From an uncultured Bacillota bacterium (GTDB lineage: Bacteria; Bacillota_I; Bacilli_A; RF39; UBA660): 47,964 nucleotides of DNA. The stretch covers positions 1 to 47,964 of the forward strand of contig CANATJ010000003.1 in the NCBI GenBank assembly GCA_947364595.1, given 5' to 3'. Positions 19,413 to 30,232 of the stretch are shown in pieces. The number at the start of each line of letters is the position of its first letter. Position 1 is the stretch's first letter. A model generated the notes under the pieces. The model saw nothing but the letters and a program-made list of their open reading frames with translations. It had not been told where the DNA came from and did not search any database. The position numbers were made by a program, and so were the translations under genes.

Positions 19413-20451
19413 TATTATCACCACTATCTATAAAAATTTTATTAAATTTTAAATTCATAATTTTATTAAAAGGTATTGAAAAGCATTTTAATGAAAAAAC
19501 AAAAGTCGTTAAAATTGCTAATGCAAATGCAACCAAGAAACTATAATTACCAAAAACATCATTAATTTTTACTAATAATCCTAAATGGTTCATAATTAAA
19601 AATATTAAATAATGCAAAACATATACTTGCATAGTCCTTGATCCAAATACCGTATAAAACCTTTTTCTAGTTGGTATAAGGGCCATTAAACATAAAGATG
19701 TAATAATAGCAAGTACAAAACTAAATGCTCTCATAACTGCCCCTTTAAATGGAATATCAAAAGGAGTTTCTAAATAAGCATAACAATTTCTTCCGGTAAA
19801 AATAGTTTTTAAAAAGGAAAGGTTATTTGCAAATATATAAAATACAATAATCATAGTAATTAAAACAATAAAACTAATTATTTTCATTTTTCTTGCTTTC
19901 ATAAAATCAATAACTTTTTTCATGTTATCCTTAGATAAGTAATATCCAAGCAAGAAGTATGGATAAAAAACAATAATTCTAGAAGTACATAAAAAGTCTC
20001 CCACTTTAGTATCATACCCTACTAAAAGTGCAAATAAAATACTAAAAATCAATAAATACTTAGGCTTTATATTTTTTAAAATATAAGTAATGATCATCCA
20101 TAAAGCAAATGCAAGTAAATACCATGGGCACTCTTGTTCAACGAAAAAGCTTTGTTCAAAAGGTACTTTAAATATAAGGCAAATAAAACAACATAATAAT
20201 TTAAAAATAAAATATATAATAAGTAGCGAAAAAACTTTATTTATTCTAAACTTACCATTTTCATCTTCGATTTTTTTGCCTAAAAAGCCAGTAATAAAGA
20301 CAAAAAGCGGCATGTGAAATGAATATATAAATAAAAATATAGATAAAGATAACTTAAAATTTAACTGTATTAATAAAAAATGTCCAAGAACAACAAAAAA
20401 TATAAGAATAAATTTTAAATTATCATAATATGATATTCTTTTGTTTGACAT
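19405..20451 (-). CDS. Acyltransferase-3 family O-acetyltransferase
   Basis: R..YYDNLK..LI..VV.GH, IYSFHMPLF.F.TG, PWYL, VYVLH; about 10 TMs. Confidence 0.88.
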   Translation of the reverse strand: MSNKRISYYDNLKFILIFFVVLGHFLLIQLNFKLSLSIFLFIYSFHMPLFVFITGFLGKKIEDENGKFRINKVFSLLIIYFIFKLLCCFICLIFKVPFEQSFFVEQECPWYLLAFALWMIITYILKNIKPKYLLIFSILFALLVGYDTKVGDFLCTSRIIVFYPYFLLGYYLSKDNMKKVIDFMKARKMKIISFIVLITMIIVFYIFANNLSFLKTIFTGRNCYAYLETPFDIPFKGAVMRAFSFVLAIITSLCLMALIPTRKRFYTVFGSRTMQVYVLHYLIFLIMNHLGLLVKINDVFGNYSFLVAFALAILTTFVFSLKCFSIPFNKIMNLKFNKIFIDSGDNNG

Positions 20452-20551
20452 AAAAACCTCCAAAATGCAGTTTTTTAAATGCGTTTGATACTATATACAG
20501 TATACCATATACACAGTTTATTTAAAAGAAAAAATGAACATAATAGTTCAT

Positions 20552-21949
20552 TTAATAAATTAAAACATATAATTTATCTCCAACTACTTTTAGTTCATTT
20601 TTATCAAATTTATCATAATTTTTATTTTTAAAATATTTATTATAATCATTCTTAGACATTTTATTATATTCATATTTTTTTGTTGTATAAACAGGAACAG
20701 CACACTTCATAGCCCAATCGGTAGTGACAAGTCTTATATTACTTCCATTAGGATTACCAAAATAGTAATAATAATTTACTGAAGTGTCTTTCGCAAAATA
20801 CACCTTATTAATCTTCTTTTTTGTTTTCTTTTCATATGATGTAATTCGTTCATCAATATTTTTAATATATTTGATATCCTCTTTATATCTTTTAAAATTA
20901 ATCATTGCATTTTGATGAATATAATAAGCGTTTAAAAATCCTAATAAAACTAAAACTATTGAAATGACATATAAAAATTTATAGTCAAAATTAAATTTTG
21001 ATATTATAAACAAATATAATAAACTTGGAAAAGCGCCAAAAATTAAGGAACTCTTTCCATTTGTTCCAACAAAAATAGTTAAAACAAATACAAGCAAAGT
21101 TAAAAATATAAATGAAAATATATTATAACTTTTATTATCATTTTTAACAATTTGATATATTATACATCCAAGTAAAACGATAACAATTAAATAAAAATAT
21201 TTAATGTTAGTATATCCAAACAAATTAATAATAGAATTAAAATCTCCAATTAGGTAATTAGATTTCGCAAAATCTAATTTCATTAAAATAAATGCTAGCT
21301 TTACTATAATTAGACTTAAAATACATAATAATAAACCAATAATGATTTTTTTCAAAATTTCAAGTACATTATCCTTACTATTAAATTCTTTTAAATTAAT
21401 TAAAAGTAAAAAAACAGGTAAAAAGCAAATAATTTCTTTATAAGATAATATAGCTAAAAGAATAAAAACTAAAGACCAAAGATAATCTTTAAAATTATCA
21501 TTCATAAGTTTAAAAGTGGCCAAAAGGATAAACAAAATTCCCAAAGCAATAGTAAATCCTTGATCAATTAATAATATTTCTGTAATGAACGGATTATAAA
21601 AAATTAAAAATATACTGATTATCAACATTAATTTTTTAAAATTACCTTTTAAAGATAACTTATCTTGCAATTTAAAATATAATTTATATATAACAATTGC
21701 CAAAATCAAGTCAGTCAAAAATGCTGAAACAAAACTAAGCGAATCATATGGTAATTTAAAGAAATTAAACAAATTGAAAAACAGATAATTTAGCACTTCT
21801 CCATTTTGTAAAAATGACAAAGCGGTTTGTTTAAATCCATTATATATTGTACAATAACTTTCTAAAGAATGAGAATTTGCAAAAAAAGGATAACTAAAAA
21901 TAATGCAAGTGCTAAAAATAAGCAAAAACAAAGTTACTTTCTTTTTCAT
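20552..21949 (-). CDS. Multi-TM membrane protein, GtrII/GT-C-like glycosyltransferase candidate
   Basis: About 11 TM helices plus a soluble C-terminal tail; located in the glycan cluster. Confidence 0.5.
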   Translation of the reverse strand: MKKKVTLFLLIFSTCIIFSYPFFANSHSLESYCTIYNGFKQTALSFLQNGEVLNYLFFNLFNFFKLPYDSLSFVSAFLTDLILAIVIYKLYFKLQDKLSLKGNFKKLMLIISIFLIFYNPFITEILLIDQGFTIALGILFILLATFKLMNDNFKDYLWSLVFILLAILSYKEIICFLPVFLLLINLKEFNSKDNVLEILKKIIIGLLLCILSLIIVKLAFILMKLDFAKSNYLIGDFNSIINLFGYTNIKYFYLIVIVLLGCIIYQIVKNDNKSYNIFSFIFLTLLVFVLTIFVGTNGKSSLIFGAFPSLLYLFIISKFNFDYKFLYVISIVLVLLGFLNAYYIHQNAMINFKRYKEDIKYIKNIDERITSYEKKTKKKINKVYFAKDTSVNYYYYFGNPNGSNIRLVTTDWAMKCAVPVYTTKKYEYNKMSKNDYNKYFKNKNYDKFDKNELKVVGDKLYVLIY

Positions 21950-23430
21950 TTTAAATCCTTCCTTTCCAGATTATTGTAAATAACAAGCGAAAGCATTCCT
22001 ATAACAAAGGATAAATTCATCATCGGACTTACCCAACCAAATACATGACCAGAATAATAAGCAATTATAAGCCCTAAAGCCACACTAGTGCATGCCATAA
22101 TAGTTCTAAAATAAAAGTTTTTATTGAAATTACGCAATCCTTTATAAGCTAAATAACCAATGAATATAAAATATGGTCCCATTAAAATAATCATACCTAG
22201 AAGACCAAATTCATAATATTGATAATAATAATCACGTTCTAAATCAGGGAAATACAAAGTATAGCCCATTCCAAAGAATTTATCGCTAGGATTATTATTC
22301 CTTTCATAAACTCTTTTAATCATATCGGTTTTCATTCTACGGCTATTATTATTTAATGCTTTATCTCTTTTAATCATTTGAAGCCAGAATTCTGGATCTT
22401 TATTGATAGGATAAATTTTCAAGAAATAATCATTTATTAAATATTCACTTTTATATTTTTCCATCAACTTATCTAAATTTTTAATATCAGTGCTTTCGAT
22501 TTCTTTATAAGCTGTTGCGTCCTTAACCGAAAAATCTGGAGTACCTTCATTTATTCTTCCAAGCATAAAAGGAGAAATAGTTAAAAAGGCAATACATGTC
22601 AAAGATGCAACGAAAAATGTTTCATTAAAAAATTTATTAACTTTTTCTTTCTTAATAATTACTAAGAAAACGTAAACTAATCCTGCAAATACACTAATAA
22701 GTAAAGTACCATAGGCTGCAGTTCTTGTTCCAAGTAATATCATAGCAATAAACTGTAAAACAAAGATTACTAAATTACTTTTTTTCTTTTCATCAAAAAG
22801 CATATATATATTAATTGGGAAAAGCATAAACATTGTTGCAGAAAGTTCGTTTGCAGAGTCAAAAAAACCTCTAGCTGATAATTGTCTAAAATCTCCTTGA
22901 AAAAGGAAATAATCAAATAAATTATACATAACATGCCCTTTGGTGTTATAAGAAATAAATGATAATTTAAATATATCTAATATAATAATTGAAGCTGAAA
23001 TAATAATAATTATGCATTTAGAAATCTTAAAATAAAATTTTTTATCAAAAACATCCTTATTGTTAATTAAAACAAACAATAACATAAGGGGCAAAACATA
23101 TGCCCTTAAAATATAAAATGTTTCAGAAACAAAGTTAAAATTAGCTCTTGAAAAAATATTAGTGTCGAACTTAATTATATTTTGATAATGAAGGAAAATG
23201 TAAACAAACACCACCAATAAATATCCAAACAAACATAATATTTTTTTCTTAGAAATTTTAGTTAAAGTTAAAATTAAAGCTATACCAATTAAAACTATAT
23301 TTACAAGTTCAATTAAGGCAATACCACAAAATTCCACATCCTTAAAAGATGTTGTTCTAAGCATATCTAAAAACGGAAGATTAATTAGTAAAATCGAAAT
23401 TAATATTTTTATTATCTTATTTTTATTCAT
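21946..23430 (-). CDS. O-antigen ligase/polymerase-like protein
   Basis: GFF.SANELSA, LLGTRTA, large extracellular loop, FFGMGY, ERD, EFGLLG, SGHVF. Confidence 0.8.
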   Translation of the reverse strand: MNKNKIIKILISILLINLPFLDMLRTTSFKDVEFCGIALIELVNIVLIGIALILTLTKISKKKILCLFGYLLVVFVYIFLHYQNIIKFDTNIFSRANFNFVSETFYILRAYVLPLMLLFVLINNKDVFDKKFYFKISKCIIIIISASIIILDIFKLSFISYNTKGHVMYNLFDYFLFQGDFRQLSARGFFDSANELSATMFMLFPINIYMLFDEKKKSNLVIFVLQFIAMILLGTRTAAYGTLLISVFAGLVYVFLVIIKKEKVNKFFNETFFVASLTCIAFLTISPFMLGRINEGTPDFSVKDATAYKEIESTDIKNLDKLMEKYKSEYLINDYFLKIYPINKDPEFWLQMIKRDKALNNNSRRMKTDMIKRVYERNNNPSDKFFGMGYTLYFPDLERDYYYQYYEFGLLGMIILMGPYFIFIGYLAYKGLRNFNKNFYFRTIMACTSVALGLIIAYYSGHVFGWVSPMMNLSFVIGMLSLVIYNNLERKDLK

Positions 23431-23434
23431 ATTA

Positions 23435-24379
23435 TCACCTCTTTATTTTTTGAAAAAAGCTAATGACTTTATACATCCTTAAATAAAATAATCTCATCAG
23501 TAACTTTTCTTTAAAAGTATGCTTTTTTAAATATTCATTTTTTTTCCAATTAGGAAATTTTTCTTTCATAAATAAAGAAATTTTATCAATTTGTTTTAAC
23601 TTATTATATTTATAAAAATTTAATGATCCTAAATATAATAAGTGATAGATTAATAAATATTCCAATTCTTTATTATAACCAAAGCCATTTAAATTATCAT
23701 ATAAATAGTTACAAGCAACAAATATGTCTTCGTACTTTTTCTTATATTCTTTATTAATCATAGTGGAACCTTCATGATGTACATAATGCATAAAGGCCTC
23801 GCTTAAATAATAGCAATTTGGATTATATTTAGCAAGAGTTGGAATAGACGCAAAATCTTCATAAATAATTTTTTCAGGAAAAATAAAATTATTTTCTTTT
23901 AAAAATGATGACTTAAACATTTTGTTACAAGGACCTACTCCAGAAAATAAATATTCTAAAGCGGTTATTTTTCTAGATGAAAAATCAAATGTTTTTTTAT
24001 AGCTATCTATTCCATCAGTAGTATTGAAATAATCTGCACTAACAATATCATAATCATTGCTGATGGCAACATTGTAAAGTTTTTCACACATATCTTCATT
24101 GACATAATCATCGCTATCAATAAACATAATATACATGCTGCTACTTTTTTTAATGCCTAAGTTTCTGGCAGATGCTTGTCCACCATTTTCCTTATCAATT
24201 AAAATAATTCTTTCATCAGATAAATATTTTTCAATAATGCTTCTACTTTTATCAGTAGAACCATCATTAACAAAAATTATTTCAATATCTTTAAGTGTTT
24301 GATTAATCAAACTATTAATACATTTATCAAGATATTTCTCAGTATTATAAACTGGAACTATTATACTTACTTTATTCAT
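23435..24379 (-). CDS. Glycosyltransferase family 2
   Basis: VSIIVPVYN, NDGSTD, ARNLG, FIDSDD, YEDF. Confidence 0.92.
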   Translation of the reverse strand: MNKVSIIVPVYNTEKYLDKCINSLINQTLKDIEIIFVNDGSTDKSRSIIEKYLSDERIILIDKENGGQASARNLGIKKSSSMYIMFIDSDDYVNEDMCEKLYNVAISNDYDIVSADYFNTTDGIDSYKKTFDFSSRKITALEYLFSGVGPCNKMFKSSFLKENNFIFPEKIIYEDFASIPTLAKYNPNCYYLSEAFMHYVHHEGSTMINKEYKKKYEDIFVACNYLYDNLNGFGYNKELEYLLIYHLLYLGSLNFYKYNKLKQIDKISLFMKEKFPNWKKNEYLKKHTFKEKLLMRLFYLRMYKVISFFQKIKR

Positions 24380-25268
24380 TGTTTACCTCTTTTAAATATT
24401 CAAATATTTTATCAATAATTTTATTTTCCTTAGTAGAAAATTTTCTTGCCCAAAAACACTTGCTGTTTATTACTTCATCAAAATCTTCGTTTTTAAATGA
24501 ATATGGACATCCTCTTTGCCAATCAATATATCTTTTAATACTAGCAGTATCATCATTTTTTAAACTACAGACATTTTTATAAAAATCACTATTATATAAA
24601 AGTGTTTGTATAAATAGCTCATCCGCGCAAAAACTATATTTAAAAATCTTTTTAACTTCATTTTCTTTAGAAATAACATAATTGGCAAACTCATGCGTAA
24701 TGCTTACCCAATTAGCGCCTTTTCTAAAAGTCCAATTACAGTTTTTAAGTCTATTAACTTTAAATAATTTTTGAATTTTTAAAACATAAAAATGAACTTT
24801 CCCAAACATTTTTCTTAAAATTTTATTAGAAGAACGTGCCCAAGAAACAGGGAAATGGTAATATTTTACTCTTGATAAAGCATCTTCACTTATATCTTTA
24901 TGATTATCAAATGCAACAAATTCTACTCCTTTGTTTTTTAAGAAAAATTTTTGTATTTTGTCATTACTAGCAATAGGCATATCTACCCCTGAAATTATGT
25001 GATAATAATCGTATTTTCTTTTAGTAGCTTCTTTTAACAAAATATATTCACACATAATTTGCTTGTAACTACCCCACTTAACATCAATTCTGGAAGTAAA
25101 ATAAACATTACTTTTTTTACAAAGATTTTTAAAATATTCAAAGTCAAAATCCTTAACTTTTTTATCGACATGTATATAAATATCATTGTTTTTATCGTCT
25201 AAAAGCAAAAGACTTTTTTTTAAAATATCAAATTCATTATGAGTCATTATTAAATATGCGTGTTTCAT
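24372..25268 (-). CDS. GT14/Core-2-I-branching type glycosyltransferase
   Basis: HAYLI..H, IYIHVDKK, V.WG, ISGVDMP, GANW.SIT, ADELFIQT, RYIDW, ARKF. Confidence 0.88.
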   Translation of the reverse strand: MKHAYLIMTHNEFDILKKSLLLLDDKNNDIYIHVDKKVKDFDFEYFKNLCKKSNVYFTSRIDVKWGSYKQIMCEYILLKEATKRKYDYYHIISGVDMPIASNDKIQKFFLKNKGVEFVAFDNHKDISEDALSRVKYYHFPVSWARSSNKILRKMFGKVHFYVLKIQKLFKVNRLKNCNWTFRKGANWVSITHEFANYVISKENEVKKIFKYSFCADELFIQTLLYNSDFYKNVCSLKNDDTASIKRYIDWQRGCPYSFKNEDFDEVINSKCFWARKFSTKENKIIDKIFEYLKEVNNE

Positions 25269-25280
25269 ATTATATCCTCC

Positions 25281-26804
25281 CTATGCATGGCGTCTTTTTA
25301 ATAAATGCTTTACCCTATATATAACATCTTTAAATGCCTCACTATTATGATAAGCTAAAATAATTACAATAGTTGGGACAATTAAACTAATAATTAATCT
25401 AACTGCAATAGTAACAATTAAACTATCAACATTAATAAAATTAATACATAGCATAGATAAAGCAAAACCAATTACAATAGTAAATAATTGTTTTAAAAAT
25501 GAAGCAAAATAATTAATGACATTACGGTCAAAAATATACTTATAAGCAATAATTGGTTTAATAATTAAAGGTAAAAGCGTACTTATAGCTGTTCCAATAA
25601 ACACACCTACTAATCCAATTTTTTGCGCTAAAACAATACTAATAATCAAATTTACAAAAGATTGAATTAATGGGACAAACTTATCTTTATCATATAATCC
25701 GGCAGCTGTTTGAAAAGTAATAGGAACATTATTCATACCAGTCAAATAATGATTTAATACAATAACTGCTGTAACAGACATAGGCAAAAGAAATTTAGCT
25801 CCAAAACAAAATTCAATAAATGGTGTAAATACTGTTAAAAAGCAAACAGAACTAACTCCATATAAGCAATAGCAAATGAAATCCATTTCTTTAAAAATTT
25901 TATATTTCTTTTCTTTTGCTTCCTTAGCAATCAAATTACCAACTGAAGCTGTTACATTACTAATTAAAACGTAAATAAATGAACCAATCATATTTACTAC
26001 AAGAACGTAATTAGAATAAATACCAACTGCAACAATACCAATAATTTTAGAAATAACAATATTATCAGTTGAAGTTAAAACATAAGAACCAACTTTATGT
26101 AATAATAAGGCTTTGATATTAGTCTTAATTGTACCCAGTTCTTTTTTATCAAGTTTAGTATCTTTCATATCATCTTTCAAATAAGGATATGCTTTATTTA
26201 TATAATGATTTACTGTAACATTTTCTAAAATAACACATAAAGTTTGCATTAACAAATAAACTATATAGTTTTTAAAAATCAATAAAACACTAATTTGTAA
26301 TATAGTCATCAAAAAATTATAGAACATAACAATTGGCATAATCTTATATGTTTTTTGATCAGCACCAATTAAAGTCCTTTTATAAGAAAATAAATAACCA
26401 ATAACCATATTAGCTAAAAATATCAAATAAATTAAAGTTAAATTTTCAATGCCAGAAGTATCTTTAATAAACCATGGTAAAAATGGCACTAAAATCAAGC
26501 CCATGGTCAAAACCACTAAAGCAACAACTCTATATGCCTTCTTATAAAAATTCATAAGAGCTTTTATTTTATCAATATTTTTATCAGCAAGTGGTTTATA
26601 TAAACTATATCCAATTGCTGTAGAAATACCAAGCTCGCTCAAGGCTAAAAGCCCTAAAACGTTTGAACAAAGACCGTTAACTCCTAAATAGACATCAGAT
26701 AAAACTTTAATAAAAATTATTCTTGAACAAAATCTTAAAAGATTTAAAAGCAAATTATTAGCAAAATTACCAATAATATTTTTGATTGAATTTATTGTTC
26801 TCAT
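25281..26804 (-). CDS. Polysaccharide flippase (Wzx/MOP family)
   Basis: R..NS.KN start, LSELGI, LYKPLA, STDNIVIS, YSNY; 12-14 TMs. Confidence 0.88.
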   Translation of the reverse strand: MRTINSIKNIIGNFANNLLLNLLRFCSRIIFIKVLSDVYLGVNGLCSNVLGLLALSELGISTAIGYSLYKPLADKNIDKIKALMNFYKKAYRVVALVVLTMGLILVPFLPWFIKDTSGIENLTLIYLIFLANMVIGYLFSYKRTLIGADQKTYKIMPIVMFYNFLMTILQISVLLIFKNYIVYLLMQTLCVILENVTVNHYINKAYPYLKDDMKDTKLDKKELGTIKTNIKALLLHKVGSYVLTSTDNIVISKIIGIVAVGIYSNYVLVVNMIGSFIYVLISNVTASVGNLIAKEAKEKKYKIFKEMDFICYCLYGVSSVCFLTVFTPFIEFCFGAKFLLPMSVTAVIVLNHYLTGMNNVPITFQTAAGLYDKDKFVPLIQSFVNLIISIVLAQKIGLVGVFIGTAISTLLPLIIKPIIAYKYIFDRNVINYFASFLKQLFTIVIGFALSMLCINFINVDSLIVTIAVRLIISLIVPTIVIILAYHNSEAFKDVIYRVKHLLKRRHA

Positions 26805-26868
26805 TTAATTACCTCAATTCTAACTCTATATAAGTATAACAAAATTTTAAAAAAAATACTACATAAAC

Positions 26869-26893
26869 AGCCTCATTAAATTAATAATGAGGC
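26869..26893. terminator. Intergenic hairpin (terminator or mRNA-stabilising element)
   Basis: AGCCTCATTA-aattaa-TAATGAGGCT; weak T tract. Confidence 0.5.
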
Positions 26894-26900
26894 TAATATC

Positions 26901-27614
26901 TTATTCACTTTCTTTTTCAATTCTATATAAAGTTTCAAACAAATGAAAATCTTCAATAGTTGTGATTTTTAAATTAGAATTTTTACCCAACACAAAATTT
27001 AATTTATAATTATTTTTAAACATTAAAGAACAAGAATCCCAATTATTAACGTCATCTTCTTTAATAGCTTTTTCATGGGCAGCATATATTTCATTTAATC
27101 TAAAACATTGTGGAGCCTTTGCGTGATAAGCATGGCTTCTATTTAAAATATTATCTATATTTTTATTATCTGAACTCATAAAAATTGTTTCTTGAGCTGG
27201 ACTAACAGTTATAGAATTACCCTTTTCTTTAACTGTTTTAATATTTTCTAAAATCAAATTTTCGTCAATATTAGGTCTTACTGCATCATGAATAAGTAAA
27301 ATAGCATCTTTATCTATTTCCTCATCATCGTATACTGCTTTAATACCATTATATATAGATAATTGGCCTGTTTCACCGCCTTTAGAAATATGTTTAACCT
27401 TTTTAATGTTATATTTTTCTAAAAGTTCTTTAAGATAAGGAATATATTCTTCTAAACAGGCAATAGAAATATAATCAATTGCATCACAATTCTCAAATTT
27501 TTCTAATGTATGAATAATTATAGGTTTATTATCAACTTCTAAAAATTGTTTTGGTTTTACTGTTTTTCCCATACGAGAACCGATACCACCGGCAAAAATT
27601 ACTGCTACATTCAT
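26901..27614 (-). CDS. IspD/TarI family cytidylyltransferase
   Basis: AGG.GSRM....PKQFL, IHDAVRP, PQCF, NLKITT.ED. Confidence 0.9.
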   Translation of the reverse strand: MNVAVIFAGGIGSRMGKTVKPKQFLEVDNKPIIIHTLEKFENCDAIDYISIACLEEYIPYLKELLEKYNIKKVKHISKGGETGQLSIYNGIKAVYDDEEIDKDAILLIHDAVRPNIDENLILENIKTVKEKGNSITVSPAQETIFMSSDNKNIDNILNRSHAYHAKAPQCFRLNEIYAAHEKAIKEDDVNNWDSCSLMFKNNYKLNFVLGKNSNLKITTIEDFHLFETLYRIEKESE

Positions 27615-27616
27615 TG

Positions 27617-28672
27617 TTAATCCTCCTTAAAACTGTTTACAGTTTTTTCTAATCCTTTTTTTAAGCTAATTTTAGGCTGCCAACCAAGTTTTCTTAATTT
27701 ATCTGTATTCATTCTAGTCCTTTTAAAACTACAATAAGCAGCTTGTTGCTCTTTAGTTGCTTTTTTATAAGTAACTGTTAAATTTTTTGAAGGAAAAATG
27801 GAAACTAACAAATTAGATAAATTAAGAATTGATATTTCCTCTTGTTCATTTGAAAGATTATATAATTCATTATCATTTCCTACAAACGCTCCATAAAGCA
27901 ACCCAGAAATTAAATCAGTTAAATAACAAAAAGCTCTTATTGCGCTACCATCACTTTTTAAAACAATATCTTCATTTCTAACAACATTGCCAATCAAATC
28001 AGACATAATTCTACCATCATTATTAATTGGCATTCCAGGACCATAACTATGAGCAATTCTAAAAATGGTAAAAGGAACATTGTATTGAAGATTATATGAA
28101 TTAATTAGGCATTCAGCCATTTTTTTGCTTTCGGGATAACATGCTCTAGTTCCCATTTGATCAATAATGCCTAAATCATCTTCGTAAATTTCTTCTTTAC
28201 CTTCAACTTTTCCATAAACTTCTCTAGTAGAAGCAAAAATTAATTTAGCATTATTTTTTCTAGAAAATTCTAATGCATTTATAAGACCAATAGTATTAGC
28301 TTTTATTATGTCAACTGGTCTATTTAAAATATTTGTAGGATCAGCACTACTAGCTAAATGGAATAAATAATCTATCTTAAAATCAAAATCAAATTTATCG
28401 TTAACATCGTGGCAAATAAATTCTACATCTTCTCTTTGTAAAATATCTGCATATTTGTTATTAGTTTTTTCTAAATTTCTTGTAAGTGCATATATTTTTA
28501 TATTTTTATTTTTTTTATCGTTTAAATAGCAAAAGAAATATAGTAAATATGTTGCAATCATTCCATTACAACCTGTAATCATTATCTTACTTTCATTTTT
28601 AATGCTATCTATATAACTTTCATTAATTAAATTTTCCATGTCATCTTGGATAATTCTATCTAAAAATCTCAT
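27617..28672 (-). CDS. NAD-dependent epimerase/dehydratase (extended SDR), probable CDP-polyol reductase
   Basis: TGCNGMIA Rossmann motif, STREVYG, YPESK (YxxxK), YGPGM; ATG 28672 after GGAAGGA. Confidence 0.85.
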   Translation of the reverse strand: MRFLDRIIQDDMENLINESYIDSIKNESKIMITGCNGMIATYLLYFFCYLNDKKNKNIKIYALTRNLEKTNNKYADILQREDVEFICHDVNDKFDFDFKIDYLFHLASSADPTNILNRPVDIIKANTIGLINALEFSRKNNAKLIFASTREVYGKVEGKEEIYEDDLGIIDQMGTRACYPESKKMAECLINSYNLQYNVPFTIFRIAHSYGPGMPINNDGRIMSDLIGNVVRNEDIVLKSDGSAIRAFCYLTDLISGLLYGAFVGNDNELYNLSNEQEEISILNLSNLLVSIFPSKNLTVTYKKATKEQQAAYCSFKRTRMNTDKLRKLGWQPKISLKKGLEKTVNSFKED

Positions 28673-28739
28673 ATTCTCAATCCTTCCGCTATAATTAATT
28701 ATATCATATTTAATTATTAACAACAAGAAAAGGACATAA

Positions 28740-30224
28740 TTATGTCCTTAAACCAGATTCTTTTTTTGTTACCAAAATGAGTTTGCTTTTTTTATCAATT
28801 CCCATAACATATTTAAAAGTGTCAACCAAAAATCCTTCTTCACCCCAAGGTGTTACATTCCATGTATAATATGAGGGTGTAATAATAACTTCAATTTCAT
28901 TTTTTCCATCTTTTATTTGTCTTTTGATATAATTATCTCTATCGCTTACCAAACCATGATAATAAACTGCATAAATAGTAAACAATAATGAAAATAGTGC
29001 TATAAGTATGGTAATAATTACATTAGTTTTTTTACTTTTTATAAATTTATCGTCTAATTTGTTAATAATGGATAACATTAATAAATAAAGCATAACTGTT
29101 GTTAAAAAGGCTGTTCTTTCTCCCCATACAGGCGATATCATCATTGATCCATTACTAATAATAGCTATAAGAAAAAATAGAAATGCTTTGAAATCCTTAG
29201 TATCTTTCAAATATTTAATTATAAAATAAATAACAATTATGGTAAAAATTAACCAGTAAACTATCACATACCATTTTTCTACCATTAAAAGGCGCCACAA
29301 GCCAATGACATGATGTCTAGTAATAAATGTTAAAGTCTGAGTAATTGAAGTCAAAGCAGAAATTAAAACAAAGACAGATAGTGTTAATTTAATTTTTTTT
29401 GAAGATACATACCTATTAATTAAAATTAATAACGCATATATAATTATTATCAATAAAAAGGCATTTTTAATATAAGTATAATTTATTAAAGAAGGAATAT
29501 TATAAATAAACTTTCCTAAAATTGATAAATTTGAAAAATCACCTTCATAATTTAATCTAGCTCTTGTCCCAGGACTAGTAATCATTAAAATAAGTCCTAT
29601 TAAACTTAAAACAAAGCTTAAAAGCATAGGAATATTAATTTTTTTGTTTTTAATAAAAGTGTAAATAGTAAAAACTAAACAGACAATTACTATCGAAACA
29701 GAAACATTTTCGACAAACATTGAAAAAGGAAGTGCTAATAAAATAACGATATATTTAAGAAGTTTATTATCTTTTGCTAAAAAATTAAAATAGAATAATA
29801 AAGTTAAATAAAACATTGGAAATAAATAAGTTATATTACCAGTTTTCCAAACATAAACTTGTGCGAAAGCCGTAGAATTAATCAAAAGTAATGAAAGGAT
29901 AAACAAACTTAATACTGTATTATTTTTAGGATTAATTATTTTAGTAAATGTATAAACAATAAAAGTCATAATACTAGCATTTAACAAACTCCAAACAATT
30001 TGCCTAGGAACCAATAGTCCTAAACAAATTCTACTAAAAAATCTACCTTCCCAAGTCATAAAATCAGAAATAGCAATATTAATTATAGATGATAAATTCC
30101 CCTTTCCATCTAATAAATTATTCCAATCATCACCACCATAAGGCATTAATAAGCTAATGATTAAAAAGAAAGAAAAGATAAAAATATAATAATATGTACT
30201 TTTCTTATTAAAAATTTTTTTCAT
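28740..30224 (-). CDS. Multi-TM membrane protein (DUF6056-like, GT-C candidate)
   Basis: P..GDD after TM1, W.GR, W.TG..TY, EN, SPG..AR patterns. Confidence 0.65.
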   Translation of the reverse strand: MKKIFNKKSTYYYIFIFSFFLIISLLMPYGGDDWNNLLDGKGNLSSIINIAISDFMTWEGRFFSRICLGLLVPRQIVWSLLNASIMTFIVYTFTKIINPKNNTVLSLFILSLLLINSTAFAQVYVWKTGNITYLFPMFYLTLLFYFNFLAKDNKLLKYIVILLALPFSMFVENVSVSIVIVCLVFTIYTFIKNKKINIPMLLSFVLSLIGLILMITSPGTRARLNYEGDFSNLSILGKFIYNIPSLINYTYIKNAFLLIIIIYALLILINRYVSSKKIKLTLSVFVLISALTSITQTLTFITRHHVIGLWRLLMVEKWYVIVYWLIFTIIVIYFIIKYLKDTKDFKAFLFFLIAIISNGSMMISPVWGERTAFLTTVMLYLLMLSIINKLDDKFIKSKKTNVIITILIALFSLLFTIYAVYYHGLVSDRDNYIKRQIKDGKNEIEVIITPSYYTWNVTPWGEEGFLVDTFKYVMGIDKKSKLILVTKKESGLRT

Positions 30225-30232
30225 AAGCACCT

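Noticed and set aside
26901-27614. ispD of the MEP isoprenoid pathway
   Set aside because: Context (SDR, LicD, Wzx) favours CDP-polyol synthesis; no ispF adjacent
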